Assembly: GCA_965247115.1 (NCBI GenBank)
Contig: CBDFGR010000002.1
Span: 544,001-608,000, forward strand
From: Myxococcota bacterium
GTDB taxonomy: Bacteria; Myxococcota_A; UBA9160; SZUA-336
Direction of reading: 5' to 3'
DNA: 64,000 nt
Made by a program: the position numbers and the translations under genes. The notes beneath the pieces were generated by a model that saw only the letters and a program-made list of their open reading frames with translations, did no database searches and had not been told where the DNA came from. Positions 47,133 to 56,595 of the stretch are shown piece by piece; the first letter of the stretch is position 1; every line of letters begins with the position of its first letter.

Positions 47133-48455
47133 GTGCACATCATGTGGTTCACCGAGCGGGCCTACCACGAAGACGACCCCGCCAGGAACAAGGCGTTGGA
47201 AGACGAGATCCTCCGCAAGCAGAGCTTCTGGGGGACCCCGAACGAGTTCTTCGACCGCAAGCGCGGCGCCGAGCTGCTCAACTTCTATCTCGACGAGAAG
47301 ATCTACGCCGAGGAGCTCGGCGGCTTCGACGGGCTGATGCTGAACGAGCACCACGGCACGCCGTTCTGTCTCGGCTCGGTGATGGACATGGAGGCCGCGA
47401 TCATCGCGAAGACCACGAAGACCTCGAAGATCGTGCTGCTCGGCAACCCGATCCCGGTTAATAACCCGCTGCGGCTGGCGGAAGAACTCGCGATGATCGA
47501 TCTGATCTCGGGCGGCCGGCTGGTTCCCGGCTGGGTGCGCGGCACCGGCACCGAGCAGCTCGCCAACGGGGTGAATCCGGCGATCAATCGCGAGCTCTTC
47601 GAGGAGGGCCACGACCTGATCATCCGGGCGTGGACCGAGGACGGCCCGTTCCGCTACGAGGGCAAGCACTACCACTACCGCATGGTGAACCCGTGGGTAA
47701 AGCCGCTGCAGGAGCCCCATCCACCCATCTGGATCCCGGGACTCGTCAGCCCGGACACGGCCAGGTGGTGCGCTCAGAAGCGCTACCCCTACGTGGCGCT
47801 CGCCACGTACCCGGAGCCCACCGCGGAGCTCTGGCGCATCTACTCCGACACCGCCGCGAAGGAGGGCTACCAGGCGGGACCCGAGAACTTCGGCTACATG
47901 CAACCCATCTTCGTAAGCGACAACCAGGAACGCGCCGAAGAGCTCGGCAAGCGCTTCCTCTTTGGCGGCCACTTTGCCCACTTCGCACGGCCCGAGTGGA
48001 TGTTTCCCCCGGGCTACAACTCCAAGGAGGCCACGCAGCGTCTCGCTCGCCAGTTCGCGAACCCGAACCTGCCGGGACACTCCATGGTATCAACGTGGAC
48101 CGACGAGACCGACGTAGAGGAGATCCGGCGCCAGGTCTACGGCCGCTTCGATACCGCGCAGCAAGACCTGCAGATGATCGCTGGAACGCCGGACTACGTG
48201 ATCCCACGCCTCCAGTACGTGCTGGACATGCTGCGCCCAGGGATCCTGTCGTTCTGGATCGACGGGCCCATCCCCCGCGACGAGCGCGCGAAGTGCCTGC
48301 GCATGCTGAGCGATGACGTGATTCCGGCCGTGCGCGAGCACGGCAAGAAGCTGGGACTCCGCTCTCCCTTCGAGCGCCAGCCCGGCTCGGTCCCGCTCAA
48401 CTCGTCCGGGGTCCCGGAGCCGGTCGCATGGCCGGACACGCAGCCGTCCTACTGA
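47133..48455 (+). CDS. LLM class flavin-dependent oxidoreductase
   Basis: NEHH, PLRLAEELAMIDLISGGRL, PLQEPHPPIW. Confidence 0.88.
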   Translation: MHIMWFTERAYHEDDPARNKALEDEILRKQSFWGTPNEFFDRKRGAELLNFYLDEKIYAEELGGFDGLMLNEHHGTPFCLGSVMDMEAAIIAKTTKTSKIVLLGNPIPVNNPLRLAEELAMIDLISGGRLVPGWVRGTGTEQLANGVNPAINRELFEEGHDLIIRAWTEDGPFRYEGKHYHYRMVNPWVKPLQEPHPPIWIPGLVSPDTARWCAQKRYPYVALATYPEPTAELWRIYSDTAAKEGYQAGPENFGYMQPIFVSDNQERAEELGKRFLFGGHFAHFARPEWMFPPGYNSKEATQRLARQFANPNLPGHSMVSTWTDETDVEEIRRQVYGRFDTAQQDLQMIAGTPDYVIPRLQYVLDMLRPGILSFWIDGPIPRDERAKCLRMLSDDVIPAVREHGKKLGLRSPFERQPGSVPLNSSGVPEPVAWPDTQPSY

Positions 48456-48482
48456 ACGGGCTCACACGGTCCTACTTCACCG

Positions 48483-49940
48483 TCAGGAGCCGGGAACCCT
48501 CCCGAGCACTGCGGCCGCCTCCTTCTCCACCGCCGTGCCTTTGAAGAAATCTGGATTCGTCTCGCCCCAGAAGTGGATGGGGTTCGTGAATACGAAGTCG
48601 CGGAAGTCGTCTCCGCTCATCAGGCCTTTCTCGACGAGCTCGTAGGCTTCCGGCAGGACACCAGCCATGTCGGCGACGTCGAAGTGGCCGATGTCCGAGC
48701 CGAACAGAGCGTTCAAGCGCCCATTGAAGGGGATGGCCTTGCGGTTGAAGGCCAGGGCGTTCATACGGTCGTCCGCCTCGCAGCCAAAGTAGAGACTCCT
48801 CGTGAACAGGTCGCGGAAGTCCTCGATGTCGTCGATCTTGCAGGCGGCGAAATCGTCGAGATTCTCGATGCCGCCGGTCTCTACGGCTCCACTCAGCGTC
48901 ATGGCGGCCTCGAACGCCCCGTCGCCTTCCAGGGCAGCTGCCATCCCCGGGCTGCCGTACCTCTCTGCCAGCTCGCGAAGCTGAGCCTGGTCGAGGTTCT
49001 CCGGATTCACTTCCTCCAGCGCCTGGAGATTTCGCTTCTCCCAGTGCTCGATCAGATCGGCGTAGAGCTGGCAGGCCCAGCCCACCCCGCCCTCGAGGAA
49101 GGCGAGCTTCAGGTCCGGGAAGCGGCGGGTCACCCCACCAAGGAAGAGTGCCTTGCACACTGCCTCGCCAGCAGAGGCAAAGTGGCCAATGTGGTTGTAG
49201 ACGAAGTTCGACGGCGAGTTGCGCAGAGCAAACCCTCGTCCGCCGGAGTGGAAGGTCGGCGATACGCCGAGCTCGACGCACTTGGACCACACGGGATCGT
49301 AGTCGTGCTCGCTGTCGATGCCGAGCACGTCGAACCAGACGGCAGTGCGCGACGCCTCCGGATGCTCCCTAGCCGAAGGAATCGGGCGGCGCATCATGCT
49401 GGCCATCAGGATGACTTTGAGGCCGAGCTGCCGGGTCACGAACTCGAGCTCCTCGATGGCCTCTTCCGGAGTGTGCATCGGGATCACCGCGGCCGGCGTG
49501 AGACGATCTGCGACGTCGGCGAAGTACTCGGCAGAGAAGATGTTGAACGCGCGGGAGGCGGCACGGCGAACCTCGCCGTCTCCATGCATGGCCACTCCCA
49601 GGCCGGCGGTCGGATACATGACGCTGAAGTCGAAGCCGAACTCGCCCATCCGTTCGTACAGAAGCTTCGGCATCAGCGCCGTCGCCCGGTCTCGCGTGTT
49701 CCTGGTAGGGAAGGACCAGAACGCCTGCTGCCCGATCCGCCGCTTTTGTCTCTCCGCCAGCGACATCGAGAGCTGGCTCCCGACCATCTCCGGAAAGAAG
49801 GCAAAGCCCTCCAGGGCCTTGTCCCCGCCGATCTGCCGGAGCCGCTCCCGGATCAGCGGGCCGAACTCGAGCCAGTGGCCATCCGCGTCGATGACGGGAT
49901 GACCGAGCTGCGATCGAAGCTCTGCTGCACTTGCACTCAT
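48483..49940 (-). CDS. Amidohydrolase_2 family protein
   Basis: VIDADGH, YPTAG, TFH, FLEGG, FGSDIGHFD. Confidence 0.88.
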   Translation of the reverse strand: MSASAAELRSQLGHPVIDADGHWLEFGPLIRERLRQIGGDKALEGFAFFPEMVGSQLSMSLAERQKRRIGQQAFWSFPTRNTRDRATALMPKLLYERMGEFGFDFSVMYPTAGLGVAMHGDGEVRRAASRAFNIFSAEYFADVADRLTPAAVIPMHTPEEAIEELEFVTRQLGLKVILMASMMRRPIPSAREHPEASRTAVWFDVLGIDSEHDYDPVWSKCVELGVSPTFHSGGRGFALRNSPSNFVYNHIGHFASAGEAVCKALFLGGVTRRFPDLKLAFLEGGVGWACQLYADLIEHWEKRNLQALEEVNPENLDQAQLRELAERYGSPGMAAALEGDGAFEAAMTLSGAVETGGIENLDDFAACKIDDIEDFRDLFTRSLYFGCEADDRMNALAFNRKAIPFNGRLNALFGSDIGHFDVADMAGVLPEAYELVEKGLMSGDDFRDFVFTNPIHFWGETNPDFFKGTAVEKEAAAVLGRVPGS

Positions 49941-50046
49941 ACCATCCTCCTCACCTGCATACAGCATACTCCGGGGATGTGATAAAGGGGACTGGCAACA
50001 ACCGAAAAGGAGCCGGGGATGCTCCTGGGAAAGGAGCAGCACCGAC

Positions 50047-52419
50047 GTGCACGGCCTGCGCGAGCTACGCGTGATCGATCTCTCGACCGGCATCGCCGGG
50101 GCCTACGCGACCAAGCTGTTCGCCGACGCCTGGGCCGACGTCGTGAAGGTGGAGCCCGCGGGCGGAGATCCGCTGCGGCGCTGGTCCGCCACGCGAGGAG
50201 AGCTTCCGGAGAGCGAGGACGGAGCGCTCTTCCGATTCCTCCACACCTCCAAGCGCTCGGTGGTCGGAACGCCAGCTGCCCCGGAGGTCCTCGAGCTCGT
50301 CGCCGCAGCGGATCTGGTCGTCGAGTCGTTTCCCCCGAGCGCGTCCCCCGCGCGCGATTGGTGTGAGCGCTACCCTGGCCTCGTCGTCCTCTCCATCACG
50401 CCCTTTGGACACGACGGCCCCTACGCCGAGCGTCCGTGGACGGAGTTCACGGTGCAAGCGGAGTGCGGCTCCATCGCGTCGCGCGGGCTCCCCGAGCAGC
50501 CACCGATCATGGCGGGCGCCAAGATCACGGAGTGGGTCGGCGGAACCTTCGCTGCCGTGGCAGCGCTCGCCGCAGTGTCGCGCGCGCGGCGTTCCGGACA
50601 GGGCGAGCACGTGGACTTCTCCCTGCTCGAGGTGATGAACGTGGCCAGCGGGATCTACTCGGACCTGATGAGCAGCCTGGCGGGACGGCCGCTCCCGAAC
50701 GTTCCGGGACGCAGGGTCGAGCTTCCCTCCGTCGAGCCGACGAAGGACGGCTGGGTCGGCTTCGCCACGAACTCGGCCCAGCAGTACCAGGACTTCCTTT
50801 TGCTGATCGAGCGTCTCGACTGGAAAGACGACGCCGAGCTCGCTTCCTCCGTGGGCCGCTGGGCCCGGCGCGAGGAGTGGGACCGTGCAGTCCGAGGCTG
50901 GACCCGAAGCCACACGACGGCGGAGATCGTCGAGAAGGCCTCGCTGCTGCGGATCCCCGTCGCCCCGGTGAACCACGCGGCCAGCGTGCTGGAACACGAG
51001 CAGTTTCGCGCCCGCAACGTGTTCATTTCCAATCCGGGCGGCTTCCTGCAGCCGCGACCGCCATACCTCATGGATGGGGAGGGTCCACGTCCGCTCGAGC
51101 CCTCGCCCGCGCTGGGCGAGCATTCGGGACAGGTCGAAGTGACCAAGAGGAAGCGGCGTGCGCGCGGCACGACACCGTCCGGAGCAGCAAACGCAGCGCT
51201 GCCGCTGGAGGGGATCCGCGTGCTGGACGCCACTGCGTGGTGGGCCGGGCCGTCGGCCACACACATGCTCGCCACCCTGGGCGCCGATGTGATCCACCTG
51301 GAGGCGGCCCAGCATCCCGATGGGATGCGCTTGTATGGCGACCCGTTCATGGCGGATGACTGGTGGGAGTACTCCAGCATTTTCCTCGGCACGAACACGA
51401 ACAAGCGCGGGCTTACGCTGAACCTGGCGGACGCTCGCGGTCTCGAGCTGTGCCGCAAGCTCGTCAGTTGCTGCGATGTCTTCGTGGAGAACTACTCTCC
51501 GCGTGTCGTCGAGCAGTTCGGCCTCGGCTGGGAAGGGGTCCAGACGCTCAACCCGCGCATCATCATGGTGCGCATGGCGGCCTTCGGGCTCTCCAGTCCA
51601 TGGCGCGACTACGTGGCCTTCGCGCAGACGATGGAGCAGATGACGGGTCTGGCGTGGGTCACGGGACACGTCGACGACCAGCCACGCATTCAGCGCGGAC
51701 CCTGCGATCCGCTTGCCGGAATGCACGCCGCCTTCGCAACCCTGGTGGCGCTGGAGGAGCGCGAGCGCACCGGCCGTGGCCAGCTCCTGGAGTGCACCAT
51801 GGTGGAGGGAGCCCTCAACGCCGCGGCCGAACAGATCGTCGAGTACTCCGCGTACGGCATACAGCTCGAGCGCGACGGGAATCGCTGCCAGGAGTGCGCC
51901 CCGCAGGGCGTGTACGCCTGCACGGGCGTCGAGCAGTGGCTGGCGCTCTCGGTAGCAAGCGACGCGCAGTGGCAGGCCCTGGTGCGCGCGCTCGGCCTGC
52001 CCACCTGGGCGATGGACCCTTCCCTCGACACGCGGGCTGGACGGCGCGACTCGCACGACGTCATCGATCGAGAGCTCTCCACGTGGGCGAGCGATCGCGA
52101 CCTCGCGGAGACCGTCGAGATGCTGCTCGCGCACGGCGTTCCAGCGGCGCCCGTCCTGGACGGTCGCGAGATCTATCGACATCCGCAGCTCACGAGCAGG
52201 GGGTTCCTTGAGCCGTTCGACCACCCCGCGGTGGGCCGGCACGTCGTCGCGACCGTGCCGTTTCGCTATGCGACCCGCGACCACTGGCTCCGCTCCCCCG
52301 CTCCAACGCTCGGCCAGCACAACCGAGAAATCCTGAGCCAGCTCCTGGGGCTGAGCGACGCAGAGATCGACGCTCTCGAAGAGGCCGAGGTAATCGGAAC
52401 TCGCCCGACAAATCTGTAA
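50047..52419 (+). CDS. Tandem-domain CoA transferase family III
   Basis: Two CaiB domains (LRVIDLS...ADVVKVEP; PLEGIRVLD...NTNKRG...NPRII). Confidence 0.9.
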   Translation: MHGLRELRVIDLSTGIAGAYATKLFADAWADVVKVEPAGGDPLRRWSATRGELPESEDGALFRFLHTSKRSVVGTPAAPEVLELVAAADLVVESFPPSASPARDWCERYPGLVVLSITPFGHDGPYAERPWTEFTVQAECGSIASRGLPEQPPIMAGAKITEWVGGTFAAVAALAAVSRARRSGQGEHVDFSLLEVMNVASGIYSDLMSSLAGRPLPNVPGRRVELPSVEPTKDGWVGFATNSAQQYQDFLLLIERLDWKDDAELASSVGRWARREEWDRAVRGWTRSHTTAEIVEKASLLRIPVAPVNHAASVLEHEQFRARNVFISNPGGFLQPRPPYLMDGEGPRPLEPSPALGEHSGQVEVTKRKRRARGTTPSGAANAALPLEGIRVLDATAWWAGPSATHMLATLGADVIHLEAAQHPDGMRLYGDPFMADDWWEYSSIFLGTNTNKRGLTLNLADARGLELCRKLVSCCDVFVENYSPRVVEQFGLGWEGVQTLNPRIIMVRMAAFGLSSPWRDYVAFAQTMEQMTGLAWVTGHVDDQPRIQRGPCDPLAGMHAAFATLVALEERERTGRGQLLECTMVEGALNAAAEQIVEYSAYGIQLERDGNRCQECAPQGVYACTGVEQWLALSVASDAQWQALVRALGLPTWAMDPSLDTRAGRRDSHDVIDRELSTWASDRDLAETVEMLLAHGVPAAPVLDGREIYRHPQLTSRGFLEPFDHPAVGRHVVATVPFRYATRDHWLRSPAPTLGQHNREILSQLLGLSDAEIDALEEAEVIGTRPTNL

Positions 52420-52442
52420 GTCGTTCAGGACATGGCAATGCC

Positions 52443-52475
52443 AGAGTTCAACTCTCCCCGGGAGAGTTGAACTCT
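52443..52475. repeat. Perfect 33-bp palindrome upstream of the HNH gene
   Basis: AGAGTTCAACTCTCCC-C-GGGAGAGTTGAACTCT (16-bp arms). Confidence 0.85.
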
Positions 52476-52716
52476 CCTGAAAGAAAAGACAGGAAGCCCT
52501 TGACAGGTTTGTCGAGCTCAAACGAATCCGATCACGTGCTTCGCTGTAACTTTGTTCCTAGAGCCATGGACGCTTCTCTACGAGTGGCTATCGCGCATTC
52601 CGTTCTCGAAGTCTCGTGCTCATTCGATCGGTCGGCATAGCTGATCCTCCGACACTGAAATATGTCGTGCTATCGTTCGTACCTCACATCTCCTCGGTCC
52701 CGAACGAGAGGCACGA

Positions 52717-53793
52717 ATGGATTCTCTCAAGACTGTTTCTAATCATAAACTGCTCCGTGGCCTGGACGAACTCGTGGCGATGCGCCGCCAGAACGAGGCA
52801 GACCTGCTCGCGTACCTTGCCGAGGTCGATCAGCGCAAGCTCTATCTGGGAGAGGCCTGCTCGTCCATGCATTGCTACTGCACGGAGGTGCTCCGATTCT
52901 CGGACGCGACTGCCTTTCACAAGATTCGCGCTGCACGGACTGCGCGCGCATATCCCGCCTTGTTCGAGAGAATTCGAAAGGGCGAGATCCACCTGGCGGG
53001 AGTGATTCTGCTCGCGCCCCTACTCACTCCGCAGAACCACGTGGAACTGCTCGACCTGGCGCACCACAAGAGCCGGCGTGCGATCGAGGTGCTTCTCGCC
53101 AATCGCGCTCCAAAACCTGATGTGCCGGCGCGGGTGAGGAAGCTCCCAGAGCCCAGTCCGGCCCCTGTGATCCCGATGCGCTCCGAGACCCGTAGTCCGC
53201 CGCACGAGACTTCGGGCCGCGAAGCGGCCGCCTCACCTCCGATTCGACGCGCATCGAGTCCAGCCCCGAGCCCGCTCGGGGCCAATCGGTTCAAGATCCA
53301 GTTCACGGGCAGCCAGGCGCTCTACGACAAGCTCCGTGAGGCGCAGGCTCTGCTCAGTCACCAGATTCCGGACGGCGATCTCGTGGAGATCTTCGATCGA
53401 GCGCTCACGTTGCTGCTCGAGGATACGAAGCGGAAGAAGTTCGCCCAGACGCCGAGACCCCGAGCTGGGTCGAACCCCTCAAAGCGGACCGGAGCCGCGA
53501 CCCGGCACATCCCGGCGGAGATCAAGCGTGCCGTCTTCGCGCGGGATGGAGGTCATTGTGCCTTCATCGGAGCGAACGGCCGCCGTTGCGGTTCACGCGA
53601 CTTTCTCGAGTTCCATCACCAGGACCCCTGGGCCAAAGCGAAGCGCCACTCGAGCGACCGAATCGAGCTCCGCTGTCGAGGGCACAACCAGTACGCAGCG
53701 GTGCAGGAGTATGGGGCTGCCTGCATGGCGCGATTCGCGAGGCAAAGACCACTCTCCAAGGGAGAGTGCAACGTAAAGCATCGGCAGGAATGA
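52717..53793 (+). CDS. DUF222-like helical domain plus C-terminal HNH endonuclease-like protein
   Basis: LLAYLAEVDQRKLY...SSMHCYC; RHIPAEIKRAVFARDGGHC...C...LEFHH...LRCRGHN. Confidence 0.82.
   Translation: MDSLKTVSNHKLLRGLDELVAMRRQNEADLLAYLAEVDQRKLYLGEACSSMHCYCTEVLRFSDATAFHKIRAARTARAYPALFERIRKGEIHLAGVILLAPLLTPQNHVELLDLAHHKSRRAIEVLLANRAPKPDVPARVRKLPEPSPAPVIPMRSETRSPPHETSGREAAASPPIRRASSPAPSPLGANRFKIQFTGSQALYDKLREAQALLSHQIPDGDLVEIFDRALTLLLEDTKRKKFAQTPRPRAGSNPSKRTGAATRHIPAEIKRAVFARDGGHCAFIGANGRRCGSRDFLEFHHQDPWAKAKRHSSDRIELRCRGHNQYAAVQEYGAACMARFARQRPLSKGECNVKHRQE
53750..53768. repeat. Shorter related palindrome at the 3' end of the HNH gene
   Basis: CACTCTCC-AAG-GGAGAGTG shares the ACTCTCC-NNG-GGAGAGT core with 52451-52467. 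Confidence 0.7.
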
Positions 53794-53882
53794 GCAATGT
53801 AGACTTCGGACCGGGGACGCCAGGACCCAGGTTGACCTAGTCCGGCGCGGGATTCAGACTTGGGAACTTGAAGGAGGGGAGT

Positions 53883-54425
53883 ATGCCCGACAGCAAGGCC
53901 TCAACCCCGATTGGGGTGAATCATCTGGTCCTGAACGTGCGCGATATGGAGGCGTCTCATCGCTTCTACACCGAAGTGCTCGGTTACGAGCAGGTCGGGG
54001 AGCTCGGCGACGTCTTGCCCATGACCATGCGCTTCTACTCGACGCACGGGAAGCACCACGACGTTGCGCTCGTCGAGCAGGACAAGCCCGATCCACCGGA
54101 CTCAGACTGGAGCATGGGCGTTCCCAACGGGCGGCGGATCAATCACTTCGCCATCGCGTATCCGGATCGGGATTCCTTCCTGAACCAGCTGCGGCATATG
54201 CAGGAGTGCGGCGTTGATTTCAAGGTGCGTGGCGACCACGGGATGACGCACAGCGTGTACATCAACGACCCCGACGGGAATGGCATCGAGGTGCTCTACG
54301 AGCTGCCTCGCGAGTTGTGGGAGGGCGACGTGAACGCTGCCCTCAACTACTTCAAGCCGCTGCCCGTCGAAGGTCCCGAATCGCTCGAAGACACCACGGA
54401 CTACGTCAAGTTCGGAGAGAGCTGA
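53883..54425 (+). CDS. VOC/glyoxalase family protein
   Basis: VNHLVLNVRD, HHDVAL, INHFAI, SVYINDPDGNGIE. Confidence 0.88.
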   Translation: MPDSKASTPIGVNHLVLNVRDMEASHRFYTEVLGYEQVGELGDVLPMTMRFYSTHGKHHDVALVEQDKPDPPDSDWSMGVPNGRRINHFAIAYPDRDSFLNQLRHMQECGVDFKVRGDHGMTHSVYINDPDGNGIEVLYELPRELWEGDVNAALNYFKPLPVEGPESLEDTTDYVKFGES

Positions 54426-54441
54426 GAGCGGGCTGACGATC

Positions 54442-56595
54442 GTGAGCAACGGGCGACCACTCTCGGCGAGCCTCGCGAGCAATCCGGATCTGGACACCTG
54501 GATCCGCATCGAGCGCGACGGGACTGTGATCGTGTCGACCGGAAAGGTGGAGATCGGGCAGGGGATCAAGAGCGCGGTCGCGCGGATTGCGGCGGAGGAG
54601 CTCGACGTGCGCCTCGACCAGGTGAAGGTGCACGGGGCGGATACCGGCGAGGGTCCGGACGAAGGAATGACCGCCGGGAGCACATCGATGGAGGTGGGCG
54701 GCGATGCCATGCGGATCGCTGCGGCGGAGGCCCGGCAGGTCATGCTGGAGGCCGCCGCCCAGCGGCTGGGCGCTCCGCTCTCCCAGCTCCAGGTCGATGG
54801 CGGCGTCGTGCGCGCGCGAGGGTCCTCGCGCTCGGTCAGCTACGGCGAGCTCCAGGGCGGACGCCCCTTCGACCGCAAGATCACGGGCGAGGCGACGCCG
54901 AAGGCGCCCGAGACCTACCGCATCGTCGGCAAGCCCGCGCCGCGGATCGACATGCGCGCAAAGCTCACGGGCGGTGCGTTCGTTCAGGACCTGCGGCTGC
55001 CGGACATGCTGTTCGGGCGCGTCGCGCGGCCCCCCGGCTACGGGGCGCGCCTGCTGAGCGTGGACCTGGCTGCCGTGCGGGCCTTGCCGGGGGTCGTGGA
55101 GGTGGTGCGCGACGGTCAGTACCTGGGAGTGATTGCCGAGCGCGAGGAGCAGGCCGTCCGGGCGCGCGAGCTGCTGCGCGACACCGCGGAGTGGAGCTCG
55201 CCGGATCCGCTTCCGGCAGACCGCGACCTGGTCGAGTGGCTGCTCGAGCAGCCCCGGGAGAGCTACCCCGTGATCGACGGGGCGGCGCAGGAAGGGGCGG
55301 TCGAGCCGTACGTCGAGCCCCCGAACGCGCGCGTCACCCTCCACGAGCGATACGCGCGCCCGTTCATCATGCACGCCAGCATGGGGCCCTCCGCCGCTGC
55401 CGCACAGCTGCGGGACGGCCAGCTGACCCTATGGACCTCCGCTCAGGCGATCACCTGGTTCCGCGAGGCGGTCTCCACGGTCCTGGACCTGCCCCCCGAG
55501 TCCATTCGCGTGATCCATTCGGATGGCGCCGGCTGCTACGGACACAACGGCGCCGACGATGCCGCGCTCGACGCGGCGCTGCTGGCGCGCGCAGTGCCCG
55601 GCAGACCCGTTCACCTGCAGCTGATGCGGGAGGACGAGCACTGCTGGGAGCCGTACGGTCCGGCGATGGTGGTCGACGTGCGGGCGAGCCTGGACGCGAC
55701 CGGTCGCGTGATCGACTGGAGCCACGACGCCTACAGCCCGACCCACATCGGGCGGCCGTGGCCGGGCGAGCCGGACTGCAGACTCCTCGGGGCCTGGCAC
55801 CTGGACCCGCCGTTCGAGCGCCTCGCAGCTCCGGCCCGGCTCGGACCGGAGATCGGCGTCCACCGCAACGCGAACCCGGGGTACGCGTTTCCCCGGAAGC
55901 GGATCACGAAGAACCTGGTCCGGACGCAGGCGTTCCGCACCTCGGCCCTGCGCGGGCTCGGGGCCTACGCGAACGTGTTTGCAATCGAGTCGTTCATGGA
56001 TGAGCTCGCGTACGCCGCCGCCGCGGATCCCCTCGCCTTCCGCCTGGCCCATCTCGAAGATCCTCGCGCCCGCGCGGTGCTGGAGGCCGCGGCCGAGGCG
56101 ATCGGCTGGCCCGGACCCAGTGAGGATGGCCGCGGTGTCGGGATCGCGTACGCGCGCTACGCCGGGGCCAAGGGCTACGCGGCCGTCGGCGTGGAGCTCG
56201 GGGTCGAGGCATCCGGCGCCATCCACCTGGAGCGTGCCGTGGTGGCTGGAGACGTGGGACAGGTCATCGATCCGCAGGGAGTCGCCGCCCAGCTCGAGGG
56301 CGGCTTCGTTCAGGCGGCGAGCTGGACGCTGCTCGAGGAAGTGCGCTTCGACGCGACCAGGATCCGGAGCGTCGACTGGGAGACCTATCCCATCCTCGGC
56401 TTTGCCGAGGTGCCGGAAGTAGAGAGCGTGCTCATCGACCGGCCCGGCGCTCCGACGCTGGGCGCTGGAGAGGCGAGCACGGGTCCGACGCCAGCGGCCA
56501 TCGCGAACGCCGTGTTCCGCGCGACCGGACGTCGTCTGCGGCGCACTCCCTTCACGCCCGAGCGCGTCGCCGCTACCGAGCCGAGCCGCGACTAG
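54442..56595 (+). CDS. Xanthine dehydrogenase family molybdopterin-binding subunit (IorB/NicB-like)
   Basis: TGKVEIGQGI, TAGSTS, HASMGPS, GAGCYG, ALRGLG, FAIESFMDE, GAGE...IANA. Confidence 0.9.
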   Translation: MSNGRPLSASLASNPDLDTWIRIERDGTVIVSTGKVEIGQGIKSAVARIAAEELDVRLDQVKVHGADTGEGPDEGMTAGSTSMEVGGDAMRIAAAEARQVMLEAAAQRLGAPLSQLQVDGGVVRARGSSRSVSYGELQGGRPFDRKITGEATPKAPETYRIVGKPAPRIDMRAKLTGGAFVQDLRLPDMLFGRVARPPGYGARLLSVDLAAVRALPGVVEVVRDGQYLGVIAEREEQAVRARELLRDTAEWSSPDPLPADRDLVEWLLEQPRESYPVIDGAAQEGAVEPYVEPPNARVTLHERYARPFIMHASMGPSAAAAQLRDGQLTLWTSAQAITWFREAVSTVLDLPPESIRVIHSDGAGCYGHNGADDAALDAALLARAVPGRPVHLQLMREDEHCWEPYGPAMVVDVRASLDATGRVIDWSHDAYSPTHIGRPWPGEPDCRLLGAWHLDPPFERLAAPARLGPEIGVHRNANPGYAFPRKRITKNLVRTQAFRTSALRGLGAYANVFAIESFMDELAYAAAADPLAFRLAHLEDPRARAVLEAAAEAIGWPGPSEDGRGVGIAYARYAGAKGYAAVGVELGVEASGAIHLERAVVAGDVGQVIDPQGVAAQLEGGFVQAASWTLLEEVRFDATRIRSVDWETYPILGFAEVPEVESVLIDRPGAPTLGAGEASTGPTPAAIANAVFRATGRRLRRTPFTPERVAATEPSRD

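Noticed and set aside
52443..52490. Simple intrinsic terminator for the CoA transferase
   Set aside because: No U-tract on the + strand, a 1-nt loop and a related copy at the far end of the HNH gene; a minus-strand or bidirectional role is not excluded
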